Origin: Anaerohalosphaeraceae bacterium
GTDB taxonomy: Bacteria; Planctomycetota; Phycisphaerae; Sedimentisphaerales; Anaerohalosphaeraceae
Assembly: GCA_963675525.2 (NCBI GenBank)
Contig: CAXXSL010000013.1
Span: 678,630 to 742,629 of the forward strand
DNA: 64,000 nt
Direction of reading: 5' to 3'
The notes below the pieces were generated by a model. That model was given only the letters and a program-made list of their open reading frames with translations, had not been told where the DNA came from and did not search any database. How positions within the stretch are numbered: the first letter of the stretch is position 1; each line of letters opens with the position of its first letter. This document shows, piece after piece, positions 19,788 through 31,305 of this stretch. The position numbers were made by a program, and so were the translations under genes.

Positions 19788-20318
19788 ATGTTAACGAAAG
19801 AAGCGTTTATGCAATGGTTTCAACGTGACGTGATGGGCCGGTGGACGACGTGTGCGTTTACGGCGGTGCAGTTGGATGACTGGTACTGGCGGCTGAAGCG
19901 ATATGACACCGCCGCGCTGATCGAGGCGGCCCGGCGGCATTATTCCTGCGACGAACCCCGACGGCCGAGTTTGAAAGCGATCCATGAGTATGCCCTCCAG
20001 AAAACCAAACATGCCCGCACTATGGCGGCAGCGAAAGAAACCAACGGCGTGCCGGAAGCGCATACGTATATCCAGTGCGTCGACAAAGACGCGGACGGAC
20101 GGGGATGCGTCGGCTGGTTTGTGCCGGTGCTGCTGTGGCCGTTTCACAACGAGTACACCCAGGCGATGTATGACCGCACCGCCGAACAGCAGCGCCTCAT
20201 GCACACCCGCAGCGCCGGCGGCATCTGGCAAGTCGTTACGCACACAACGCATACCGAAATGATCCATCGCCGATCAAAACTGACCGGCAAATACGACCGC
20301 GTTGAGCAAAACACCTAA
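19788..20318 (+). CDS. Hypothetical protein; N-terminus resembles phage helicase loader/inhibitor (G39P-like)
   Basis: W...L..YD....EAARRH....P..PSL..I pattern; strong SD aggaaggag. Confidence 0.5.
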   Translation: MLTKEAFMQWFQRDVMGRWTTCAFTAVQLDDWYWRLKRYDTAALIEAARRHYSCDEPRRPSLKAIHEYALQKTKHARTMAAAKETNGVPEAHTYIQCVDKDADGRGCVGWFVPVLLWPFHNEYTQAMYDRTAEQQRLMHTRSAGGIWQVVTHTTHTEMIHRRSKLTGKYDRVEQNT

Positions 20319-20407
20319 AGAAAAGCACCGAAGGGTGTTTCAGTGAAATTGGCATAGGGGAAAATACCCAATTTTACAACAGAAATGTGCTTATTATCGG
20401 AATATTC

Positions 20408-20590
20408 TTGCATTTAAGCAGCATCGAATTAAAATTAATGCCGCATCTTAAGGAGAGACTCCTGGCGAGTTACAACAGTCGTTGTAGAGATCGAGGTAGA
20501 GCGATGAGCGGGAGAAAACAAAAACGGACATTTCTTAACGGTCATTTCCAGGAACTATTTCAGGTCACTATCTGCGCCGACCGTGCGCGG
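20408..20590 (+). promoter_or_regulatory. Sigma70-type promoter plus long leader, homologous to 7071-7256
   Basis: TTGCAT-16-TAAAAT (20408-20435); shared blocks aaggagasact, atgarcgggaraaaacaaaaac, tccagga, ctatcygcgccga..gtgcgcg. Confidence 0.65.
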
Positions 20591-20637
20591 TCATTCAATC
20601 TAATTTCCAATAACTATCTGTTTGAAAGGGGAAGAAA

Positions 20638-23600
20638 ATGAAACATTCTACAGCCATACATTATTGTGCATGTTCACTTTTTATCATTTTATGTAGTCCT
20701 TTTATATCAGCAACGACTTATGAGACTGTTCAAATGACTGCCAAAGCGCCTGCCGATGGTCATGACTTCGGACAGAATGTTGCGGTAAGCGGCACTTTAG
20801 CAATTGTCGGCGCGCCGGGGGATAATCATATGGGCGACAACGCAGGTTCTGCATACATTTATGAGTATTCCGGCGGAAAATGGCAGTATGTAACCCAGTT
20901 GTATGCCTCGGATGCGGCCGAAGATGATGCTTTTGGATCTTCAGTTGCGATTGATGGGACGCATATCCTTGTGGGAGCACCGCGAGACGACAATAATACC
21001 GGCAGTGTCTATGCTTTCCAATCAAGCGGAGGGGTATGGACTCAAATCCAGAAAATCACCGCCTCCGATGCGGCGGTCAACACCCATTTTGGCAATGCCG
21101 TGGATATCAGCGGAACCCGTGCGATTATAGGTTCCGTTTTTGCAACCGGAAACGCATCATTGACCGGAGCTGCTTATATGTTCTCCTTTAACGGGACAAT
21201 CTGGAATCAAACCGGAAAGGTATACAGCGCTGATGGTGTGGCTTATGAACGATTTGGGCATTCTGTCGCGATTGATGGTACGCTGTCGGTTGTTGGGGCG
21301 CCTTATGATGAAGATAATGGATCACGTTCCGGTTCAGTGTTTGTATATTATCCTGACAAAACCGGTGTTTGGAGGCTGGACGAAAAGCTGACTGCATCCG
21401 ATGGCAGTGCCTGGGATGAATTCGGTACATCCGTCGATATCGATGGGGATTATCTTATTGCCGGAGCTCCGATAGCCTGGGGATCGGTACTGGATTCCGG
21501 GGCGGCCTATGCTTTTCACAGAATCAGTGCCGTATGGTACGAGGAAGATAAATTAGTGCCCTCAGTTTCCGCCGACATTGACTTCGGCATAGCGGTTTCC
21601 ATTTCCGGTTCAAAAGCAGTGATTGGAGCTTACGGCTATGATCTGCCGGGAGGAACAGGGATAAATGTGGGTGAAGCGTTCTGCTTCACGCGGAGTGGAA
21701 CAGACTGGACTGAAACCCAGATCTTAACTGACAGTGAAGCCAATCAATATGATTACTTTGGAACCAGCGTCGGAATCGACGGCAATCATATTCTTTGCGG
21801 GGCCCCGGAAGAAGATTCCCACGGGCAAAACGCCGGAGCGGCGTACTGGTATTACTGGACCGGCAGCACATATCAGCAGATTGCAAAGAAAGCGCCGGAT
21901 GATGCTTCAGAAGGTGATGTGTTTGGTTCGTCTGTTGCAATCAGCGGGAAGGACATTATTGTAGGAGCACAATTTGACGATGACAATCAAATGTACAGCG
22001 GTTCGGCATATCTCTTTGAATTGGGCTCGGGGGTTCCCTACCAGAAGCTGACTGCTGCGGATGCAGGTTCTTATGATTATTTTGGATATTCTGTAGCCCT
22101 CGATAGTGATTATGCCCTCGCAGGAGCCTGGGCTGCTGCTGGAAATACGAATAGTTCAGGCGCTGCATACATATTTAATCGATCCGGTGATACCTGGACT
22201 CAGCAGGATAAACTGGTCGCCAGTGATGGCGCCGATGATGATCGTTTCGGCATATCCGTAGATATGGAAGGAATATATGCCTTGATCGGAGCACTCGATG
22301 ATGACTTTGGAAATTATTCCGGATCGGCATATGTGTTTACCCGCAGCGGCTCGTCATGGTCTCAAACAGAAAAGATGACCGCTTCAGATGGAGCCACTAG
22401 CGATGAATTTGGCCACTCCGTTTCACTTAGTGGAGATCGGTGTGTTATTGGAGCATGGAAAAATAATAATGTTGCCGCCAATGCAGGCGCAGCGTATCTG
22501 TTTCAACGTTCCGGTTCCGACTGGATTGAGCAACAAAAACTCACCGCATCGGATGCGGCATATGATGACCGTTTTGGATCGGGGGTTGCTATCAGCGGTG
22601 ATTATGTCGTTGTCGGTGCCATGTATGATGATGATGGCGGAAGCAACAGCGGCTCGGCATATATTTTCCACTACAACGGTTCCACCTGGATTCAGGAAGC
22701 CAAGATAACGGCCGGTGATCCTGGTGAAGATGCCCGTTTTGGAAGTGCAGTTGCTATCGACGGTGCTTATGTGGTGGTGGGTGCGCCTTATTATGGGGCC
22801 GCGGGCTCCCAAAATGGTGCCATCTACCTGTTCGAACGCAATGGAACTTCATGGACGCAGATTGCAAAATTTGCTGCATCAAACCTCGACGAGCATGATA
22901 ATCTCGGAAATGCCGTGTGTATTCAGGACCACGCCGTCGTCGGCGGAGCAACAGGAAACGATACGCACCATGATGCTTCCGGTGCCGCCTACCTGTTTGC
23001 CCGCCCCGGGGTAGAAAAACAGTTTGATTTTAATGACAGTACTGTACAGCAATGGACTCTCGAAGGCGCCTACGATGAAAACGGAAACGGTCCCTACTCC
23101 AGTAACTTTACAAACGGCTGGAATGACGTATTTAACTATCCAACGGATCCGGGTGCGGATCCGTCCGGAGATGGAAACGGTTCGATCCAGATGTACACAC
23201 CGGATCATCACGGGATTACAGGAATTTCAACCGACTGGTATATCATGCGGTTTCGTTCGCCCAACCTGAGCGGGTATGCCAACTGGCAGCAGGCTTTTGC
23301 CTATACGTGCAGAATTCATGATGACATGAGCATAGGGTCTACGGATCTGTATTCGAACCAGTATTGCAAAGTGTATGACAAGGACCAGGAAGAAATCCGG
23401 TATTTCTATTCCGGTACAGCTCAAGAGATTTCCACCTCACAATGGTCATATCGAAATTTTAACTGGTCAGGACTTGCCGGATTCCCGGATTCTTACGTGC
23501 TGATGGATGTTTTTGTCAATGTTTGGGGATTGATCGATCACCCGTATGAGCCGATTGAACTAAGTGGTTCGGTTTGCCTGGATGACGTCTTTGCAACCCG

Positions 23601-25455
23601 CCCTCTGCATGTGACCTATCCAAATGGAAGCGAAACTCTCCTGAGCGGGCAAACCCGTTCCATTACGTGGGATCGCCAAGGCAGTATATCCCAGGTAAAC
23701 ATTGACTATTCTACCGATAACGGTCAGACCTGGGTACCGGTCAGTCCGCCCAACAGCGGAAATACCGGTTCCTATTCCTGGCTGGTTCCGGCGGTCTTCA
23801 GCTCTCAATGCTTGGTCCGCGTGACCGACGCCTCCAATGCATCGACATTTGATACCAGTGATGACGTATTTACGATTCGGGCGGACCGGTTATATGTCAA
23901 TGTAAATGTCGTCGGCGGCCTGGAAGATGGTTCGTCCTGGGCCAATGCCTTTAAGCAAATGCAGGAAGCTCTGGCATCTGCTGTGGATGGAGATGAAATC
24001 TGGGTGGCCCAGGGCACTTATCTGCCGGATCCGACCGGCCTGTCCAATGCACGAGACGCAACATTCCAACTCATTAATGGTGTTGCGATCTACGGCGGGT
24101 TTGCCGGGACCGAAACCGCGGTTAGTCAGCGCGACATCGATAACAACGTAACAATTCTCTCAGGGGATATCGGAACGACCTCCGATGCTTCGGATAATTG
24201 TTATCATGTAGTAATGGGCTCGGGTACCGATAGCACGGCCGTGATGGACGGCTTCACCGTCACCGCAGGCAACGCCAACGGCGGTTACCACCCGGCGAAT
24301 AAAGGCGGCGGTTTGTACAATAATCCCGGCAGCCCGACAATTCAACGATGTACATTCCTCCAAAACTCGGCGTTGGGACATCGCGGCGGTGGTGTATTCA
24401 ATATGAACGGCAGTCACCCAACGATTAGCGAATGTGTTTTCCAGGAGAATACCGGCGGCGATGGCGGCGGGATGACCAATGAGTCCAATTGCAGCCCCAC
24501 AATTACAGATTGTATATTCCTCTCGAACGAAACCGCTGTCGGGCCATGGACCAGCTCGGGCGGTTCGGGCGGTGCAATCCATAACCGCGTTAACAGCAGC
24601 CCAGTCATCGAACGCTGCACGTTCCTGGACAATCAGAGCGGCGATGACGCCGGGGCAATCATGAACTATTCGGGCTGTTATCCTGTTATCAAGAACTGCA
24701 TCTTCAGCGGCAACAGTTCCAATGATAAAGGCGGGGCAATCTATGTCAGAACCACCTGTGGTGCGACGGTTACGAACAGTACTTTCTATAACAATTCGGC
24801 CGACTTCGGAGGAGGAGTCTATATCTGGAGTAACGGGGATGCTGTACTGGAAAACTGCATTCTGTGGGCCAATACCGCATCCTATGGAAGCCAGATTGGC
24901 TGCGATAATGTGAGCACCGCATCTGTTCGGTATTGTGATGTTCAGGGTGGGATGGGAGGCATTGATATTGACGGTACCAGTTCTGTTACATGGGGACTGG
25001 GCAACATTGATGTCGACCCACTGTTCTATAACCCGGCATCCGATGATTTCCATTTGCAAAGCTATGGCTGGCGGTGGGATCCGGTTTCACAATCGTGGGA
25101 CTTCGACAGTGTGACCAGCCAGTGTGCCGATGCCGGTTGCCCGGGCTATCCGCTGGGAGACGAACTGTTGACAATCCCCGATGATCCCGGTCATAACTAT
25201 GGAATCAATGTTCGCATCAACATGGGTGCTTACGGCGGCACAGCAGAGGCCACAATGCCGTATCATAACAACGCCGTTTTAACGGACGTCAACAATGACG
25301 GGATCTCCAACCTCGTCGACTTGAGCGAACTGTCTCTTGAATGGATGACATCCGGAGACAAACTGCCGTGTGACTTTGACCGGGACGGCTCGATCGGCTT
25401 GAGCGATTTGATTCTGATGGCGGAAAATCACCTGGCCGCGACAAGCTGGCATTGA
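20638..25455 (+). CDS. Large secreted FG-GAP-repeat / beta-helix / dockerin-like protein
   Basis: About 14 FGxSVAIxG..VGA..GxAYxF repeats; parallel beta-helix GGGxYN repeats; RINMGAYGGT linker; DVNNDG and DFDRDG tail. Confidence 0.9.
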   Translation: MKHSTAIHYCACSLFIILCSPFISATTYETVQMTAKAPADGHDFGQNVAVSGTLAIVGAPGDNHMGDNAGSAYIYEYSGGKWQYVTQLYASDAAEDDAFGSSVAIDGTHILVGAPRDDNNTGSVYAFQSSGGVWTQIQKITASDAAVNTHFGNAVDISGTRAIIGSVFATGNASLTGAAYMFSFNGTIWNQTGKVYSADGVAYERFGHSVAIDGTLSVVGAPYDEDNGSRSGSVFVYYPDKTGVWRLDEKLTASDGSAWDEFGTSVDIDGDYLIAGAPIAWGSVLDSGAAYAFHRISAVWYEEDKLVPSVSADIDFGIAVSISGSKAVIGAYGYDLPGGTGINVGEAFCFTRSGTDWTETQILTDSEANQYDYFGTSVGIDGNHILCGAPEEDSHGQNAGAAYWYYWTGSTYQQIAKKAPDDASEGDVFGSSVAISGKDIIVGAQFDDDNQMYSGSAYLFELGSGVPYQKLTAADAGSYDYFGYSVALDSDYALAGAWAAAGNTNSSGAAYIFNRSGDTWTQQDKLVASDGADDDRFGISVDMEGIYALIGALDDDFGNYSGSAYVFTRSGSSWSQTEKMTASDGATSDEFGHSVSLSGDRCVIGAWKNNNVAANAGAAYLFQRSGSDWIEQQKLTASDAAYDDRFGSGVAISGDYVVVGAMYDDDGGSNSGSAYIFHYNGSTWIQEAKITAGDPGEDARFGSAVAIDGAYVVVGAPYYGAAGSQNGAIYLFERNGTSWTQIAKFAASNLDEHDNLGNAVCIQDHAVVGGATGNDTHHDASGAAYLFARPGVEKQFDFNDSTVQQWTLEGAYDENGNGPYSSNFTNGWNDVFNYPTDPGADPSGDGNGSIQMYTPDHHGITGISTDWYIMRFRSPNLSGYANWQQAFAYTCRIHDDMSIGSTDLYSNQYCKVYDKDQEEIRYFYSGTAQEISTSQWSYRNFNWSGLAGFPDSYVLMDVFVNVWGLIDHPYEPIELSGSVCLDDVFATRPLHVTYPNGSETLLSGQTRSITWDRQGSISQVNIDYSTDNGQTWVPVSPPNSGNTGSYSWLVPAVFSSQCLVRVTDASNASTFDTSDDVFTIRADRLYVNVNVVGGLEDGSSWANAFKQMQEALASAVDGDEIWVAQGTYLPDPTGLSNARDATFQLINGVAIYGGFAGTETAVSQRDIDNNVTILSGDIGTTSDASDNCYHVVMGSGTDSTAVMDGFTVTAGNANGGYHPANKGGGLYNNPGSPTIQRCTFLQNSALGHRGGGVFNMNGSHPTISECVFQENTGGDGGGMTNESNCSPTITDCIFLSNETAVGPWTSSGGSGGAIHNRVNSSPVIERCTFLDNQSGDDAGAIMNYSGCYPVIKNCIFSGNSSNDKGGAIYVRTTCGATVTNSTFYNNSADFGGGVYIWSNGDAVLENCILWANTASYGSQIGCDNVSTASVRYCDVQGGMGGIDIDGTSSVTWGLGNIDVDPLFYNPASDDFHLQSYGWRWDPVSQSWDFDSVTSQCADAGCPGYPLGDELLTIPDDPGHNYGINVRINMGAYGGTAEATMPYHNNAVLTDVNNDGISNLVDLSELSLEWMTSGDKLPCDFDRDGSIGLSDLILMAENHLAATSWH

Positions 25456-25530
25456 GAATAAAAGCGTCTGCATTACGCCGTGATTTAGCGTATTCAGACA
25501 GCCGGACAATAACCAGGCATCGGCGGACAT

Positions 25531-25568
25531 AAAAAAGAGCTGCGGGAACGAACCCACAGCTCTTTTTT
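25531..25568. terminator. Bidirectional intrinsic terminator
   Basis: aaaaaagagctg...cagctctttttt between convergent genes. Confidence 0.85.
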
Positions 25569-25591
25569 GAATTATATTCCTCCGAAGCATT

Positions 25592-26236
25592 TTATATCGA
25601 TCTGCGTTTTCTCAGCAGTCCTAAGGAGCCAACGCACAGCAGCGCCAGTGTTGCCGGTTCCGGAACGGTCGAAACCGTATCGGCCACCACTTGTACAAGT
25701 GGTGCATTGGGGCTGATGATGACCCATCGTTCATGATCAGGATTCGGATAGAACTCGATGTCATAATACTGATAGAATATCGCCGCCGCGGGATCTACAA
25801 TTGTGACCGGTGACGAATACACGATGTTACCCGGTACCGGGTTACCTGATTCTTCGCCCGACAAACCGATAATCGGCGGCGGGGTCGGGTCCAACTGCCA
25901 GGTCACCTGCAATCGCATGTACTTGACCGGCAAATTATCGACAAAGTTAGGCAGATTGAACTGATAGTCTGGTCCAATCACGACATCCGACACCGGCAGC
26001 GGATCCAAAAAGGTGGTCGGATCGGAGTCGTCCACCCAGTTAAATTGCGTCGGATCCGTCGGGTCCAATACCAATAAGGGTGTGCCGGGGAGATTCTGCC
26101 AGTGAGCATATACTGACAACGGGTCGCCCCGATACGTCGGCGGATTCAGGTCATCAGCCAAAGTTACATTGATGGTTAAGGCCGCAATAAGGGCCACAAT
26201 AAGAATACGAACATGATTTTGAATTTGAGTTTTCAT
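25592..26236 (-). CDS. PEP-CTERM protein
   Basis: Signal peptide; VPEPATLALLCVGSLGLLRKRR. Confidence 0.9.
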   Translation of the reverse strand: MKTQIQNHVRILIVALIAALTINVTLADDLNPPTYRGDPLSVYAHWQNLPGTPLLVLDPTDPTQFNWVDDSDPTTFLDPLPVSDVVIGPDYQFNLPNFVDNLPVKYMRLQVTWQLDPTPPPIIGLSGEESGNPVPGNIVYSSPVTIVDPAAAIFYQYYDIEFYPNPDHERWVIISPNAPLVQVVADTVSTVPEPATLALLCVGSLGLLRKRRSI

Positions 26237-26287
26237 TGTTCTTTCCTCTCTTTTTCGTTTTTCAATTTTGGTTGTTTCAATACATCT

Positions 26288-27007
26288 TCATCCTTTACGG
26301 GGTAAAACACTTTTTCTTTTGGAACGCATCACAAGACTGCCGAGTGCAAGCAGTCCCAGTGTCGCCGGTTCCGGAATCTGGGTAATGGTCAGATCGGCCG
26401 CATCAACATAGCCGGGGTAATAGGCCCCATCTGCTGCCAGCAGCGAGCTATTGATATAGGCCACCTGGGATACGATCCAGCGTGTGTTGACCGGAACGGC
26501 CCCGCTGGCCCCGACAACCTGCCATGTCGAAGGCGCATTGTCCAGTGTTGTACTGGTCGCCAGTGTGGCGCCGATTGGCGATCCCCATGTCGCAGAAACA
26601 TCAAAGAACAGTGCTGTAACATTACCGACCGCCCCCGACAAAGCGGGGTTTGCATTGAACAGTGCATTAAGATTGGCCACGGCGTTGCCGGCATCAATGA
26701 GCGCCGCATAGGACGAAACGTCGGTGACTTGGAAGGTCTGTGTGGCCACGCCGCCGGAAAAGTCCATACGCAGCATTTTCGTGAGTTGGGCCGGTGTCAC
26801 ACCACCATCTACACCGGTAATCGTCGAAAGTTCATCTCCCCATTGGCCTTGGTAAGTTGCATAGTTGCCCAAAACAGTGACATAGTTATTCAAAGGGTTG
26901 GCCTCAAAGCCCGGGTCGATCAGCAGATTTGCCCATCCAAACGATGAAATGAAGGTCACACTCAGAAATACAACGACGTGTTTTAAATTTAACTTTTTCA
27001 TGGTCAT
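26288..27007 (-). CDS. PEP-CTERM protein
   Basis: Signal peptide; IPEPATLGLLALGSLVMRSKRK. Confidence 0.9.
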   Translation of the reverse strand: MTMKKLNLKHVVVFLSVTFISSFGWANLLIDPGFEANPLNNYVTVLGNYATYQGQWGDELSTITGVDGGVTPAQLTKMLRMDFSGGVATQTFQVTDVSSYAALIDAGNAVANLNALFNANPALSGAVGNVTALFFDVSATWGSPIGATLATSTTLDNAPSTWQVVGASGAVPVNTRWIVSQVAYINSSLLAADGAYYPGYVDAADLTITQIPEPATLGLLALGSLVMRSKRKSVLPRKG

Positions 27008-27475
27008 TTCCTCTCTCTCTTTTGTCTTTTTAAGTTTACTATGAAAACATAGTTATATAATGGGAATACTATGAAATATAATGTTTGTTCAGACCGATAA
27101 AATAATTATTATTTTATCAATAGAAGACTTTATGCTCCTCACCCCGGCCGTTTGCGATTATCACTATTAAAAATGCTGTTTTTTCCCAAGGTTGAGGGAC
27201 TTTCGGGGTTATATTATATTTCTGTTGCAATGGAGCAGTCGATCTGGTACAAGTTGGCAGTGCGTATCCGGTATACAAAGCATAGACAGCATTTCGAGAG
27301 TTTATTCCTCATCGACTTCCTTGTGCATCCGTTGTACTGAATCCGCGTTTCGAAGCAGCTGTTAGGGATTTTCATCGGTCAACTGTGGCCGGCGGGTTCT
27401 GAAAGCTTCGACCCTTGGCGGCGAATGACCGCCGACGGCTATCAGTAGAACAAATATTTTATTTAGGAAGAATCT

Positions 27476-28981
<1,506 letters not shown>

Positions 28982-29015
28982 ATGCTGTTATTGACGAACT
29001 CAAATATTCTACAAC

Positions 29016-29046
29016 AAAAAAGGCCGGGCGAACAACCCGGCCTTTT
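29016..29046. terminator. Intrinsic terminator
   Basis: aaaaaaggccggg...cccggcctttt. Confidence 0.8.
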
Positions 29047-29070
29047 AGAATATGTCGTATTCGTCGAAGG

Positions 29071-29966
29071 TTACTGCGGCAGATTCTCCGGCTCCACATC
29101 GTCCAGCGTCAAATCACCGTAGATGACGCGGTATACATCTGAACCTTCAGGTCTGTACCAGAATATCGGTGTATCACTATCACCTAAATTAACCCCTTTG
29201 CCTGTATAGTGCCAATCATTTTCCGGTTTCATCTGACGCAGAAACTCATAGCTTTTCGGACCTCTTACCGTCAATTCCTTCAATTCTGACTCCGTACATT
29301 CAGCTGATTCAATCGCCATGAGACCTACACTTCATAAAGCCCTTGTTTGTCTTTTAAAATCGTAATCTTTACCCTGATGAACAATAATACCCCCGGAGAG
29401 TTTTAGAGTATAGGTAGCGTTTTGAAATTACGGCATTTTTCTACAACCCCTGCCCATGCTAAACTTGCTCCGTCGATTGAGCCCGTGAATTGATAAACGA
29501 CAGTGAGGGCTGCAATGATAATGGTTGCAGCGGCGAATTTTGTGATGTTGCTTTTCATGATTTTTCTCCATCTATCAGGCCGACGAATCGGCTTTGATGG
29601 TTTTGATTTTACTTCGACAAGCTCTTTCAACGGAGCCTTTAGCTCTTCACGCAAAATAAATATCACAAATGAAAGGCTTGTAACGGTAGGTATGAAAATG
29701 TGGAACACCGGAATTTCAGAATATATCCAGCGTTGACAGAGGAGATAGTAAACACCAGCACCTCCCAATGACATCATAAGCCAAACCGCCACGGCAAATA
29801 TTATAATGCGAGGCCAGTGTATGATGCGTTTTCCATCTTTCCTGCTGACCATTACAAAACCTCTATGCTTACCATAAACAAGATAATGGAGCTTGCTGAT
29901 CTTTTTGTTGCTTTCCTTAATCATCCTGTTACGGGGGAAAATATATCGAATGGTGACAATCCACAT
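29071..29966 (-). pseudogene. Remnant of a membrane-anchored (anti-sigma-like) protein gene with internal deletion
   Basis: ORF 29403..29966 ends soon after WRKIMKSNITKFAAATIII...SLAWAGVVE; ORF 29071..29319 has a C-terminus-like YTGKGVNLGDSDTPIFWYRPEGS..YRVIYGDL; AT-rich. Confidence 0.5.
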
Positions 29967-30090
29967 GGCGGGTGCGACAACAAAATCTAATTGCTTCGCA
30001 GAACCGGGCAGGATATAATGAACGGCGCGGTTAAATTCATCGACCCTGCTTTGAAATTCAGTATATAGATTATTTTAGGAAAACTGAACG

Positions 30091-31275
30091 GTGCTTACTT
30101 CTTTAAAAGATATCACAGTGATTGATGCGATTGATGTGGCGGCTGTTTCCATTCTGCTTTATATCCTCTTTTTATGGTTCAACAGAACAAAATCATCTTT
30201 TGTGTTTGCGGGCATTATGATTTCCAGTATTGCCTATATGGCCGCCAAACTTATAAAACTCCGGCTAGTTGCAGCATTGATGCAGGGGTTTTTCACGGTC
30301 ATCCTGGTAGCCGTTGTTGTTATCTTTCAGGAAGAGATCCGACGGCTGTTTGAACAAATCGCCAGCTGGAGTCTCCGTCCGAAATTCAGGGACAAAAAGA
30401 AGTCCCGAAATCTGAGCCGGAAGCTCGATATGCTGGTTAATACAGCGTTTGATCTGGCCGCCAAAAAAGTGGGTGTTCTGATTGTTTTGACGGGCAGAGA
30501 CTTTGTGATGCGGCATATCGACGGCGGGATCGACCTGAATGGCGCGTTAAGTGAATCGCTTCTCAAGAGTATTTTCGACACGCATTCCGAGGGCCATGAC
30601 GGCGGCGTGCTGATTGAGAACGGGCGGGTCCTGAAGTTTGCCTGCCACCTGCCCCTGTCCAAAGATTTCGGGCAACTCGGGGACCGGGGTACGCGTCATG
30701 CCGCGGCACTGGGGTTATCTGAATTGACCGATGCGTTGTGTATCGTTGTCTCTGAAACAACCGGCGATGTCACCGTTGCCAGGCACGGACAACTGCATAA
30801 GATCGGTGACAAGGAAACGCTCTGCCGGTTACTGGCAAATTTTGAACAGGAAGTCACGCCTCTTCGACAATCCCGCGGCATCAAAACTTTCTTTGTGAGA
30901 AATTTTAAAGCGAAAGCGGCGGCCGTTTTCGTTTCTGTCCTTTTGTGGTTTGTGCTGGTTCATGAGTCCGTCGTTGTTTATAAAACGTTCTATGTGCCGG
31001 TTCAATACGCCGGCCTGGCGGAGAGTCTGGAGGTCCGGGAAATACAGCCCCAAAAAGTAAAGATCGTACTTTCGGCCGCACGCCGGGATTTTTATTTTGT
31101 TGACAAACAGGACATCAAGTTGGTTTCAAAACTATTCGACCTGAGAAACCTGAAAAAACTGGATGAAAAATACTACGAGACAACGATCACGGCCTCTGAT
31201 ATTACATTGCCGCCGAACTACGAGATCGTAAATATATTCCCCCGTAATGTCACATTCGTGATAGAGGGGAAATAA
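30091..31275 (+). CDS. Diadenylate cyclase (CdaA/DacA-type) with YbbR-like C-terminal region
   Basis: Three TM helices, IFQEEIRR, HDGG, LPLS, GTRHAAALGLSELTDA..VVSE.TG. Confidence 0.85.
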   Translation: MLTSLKDITVIDAIDVAAVSILLYILFLWFNRTKSSFVFAGIMISSIAYMAAKLIKLRLVAALMQGFFTVILVAVVVIFQEEIRRLFEQIASWSLRPKFRDKKKSRNLSRKLDMLVNTAFDLAAKKVGVLIVLTGRDFVMRHIDGGIDLNGALSESLLKSIFDTHSEGHDGGVLIENGRVLKFACHLPLSKDFGQLGDRGTRHAAALGLSELTDALCIVVSETTGDVTVARHGQLHKIGDKETLCRLLANFEQEVTPLRQSRGIKTFFVRNFKAKAAAVFVSVLLWFVLVHESVVVYKTFYVPVQYAGLAESLEVREIQPQKVKIVLSAARRDFYFVDKQDIKLVSKLFDLRNLKKLDEKYYETTITASDITLPPNYEIVNIFPRNVTFVIEGK

Positions 31276-31305
31276 GTTAGCGACGAACAGTTATGCCGAG
31301 CGTTT

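Noticed and set aside
2400..20318. Intact prophage or classical integron
   Set aside because: No integrase, terminase, capsid or attC-like repeats recognised
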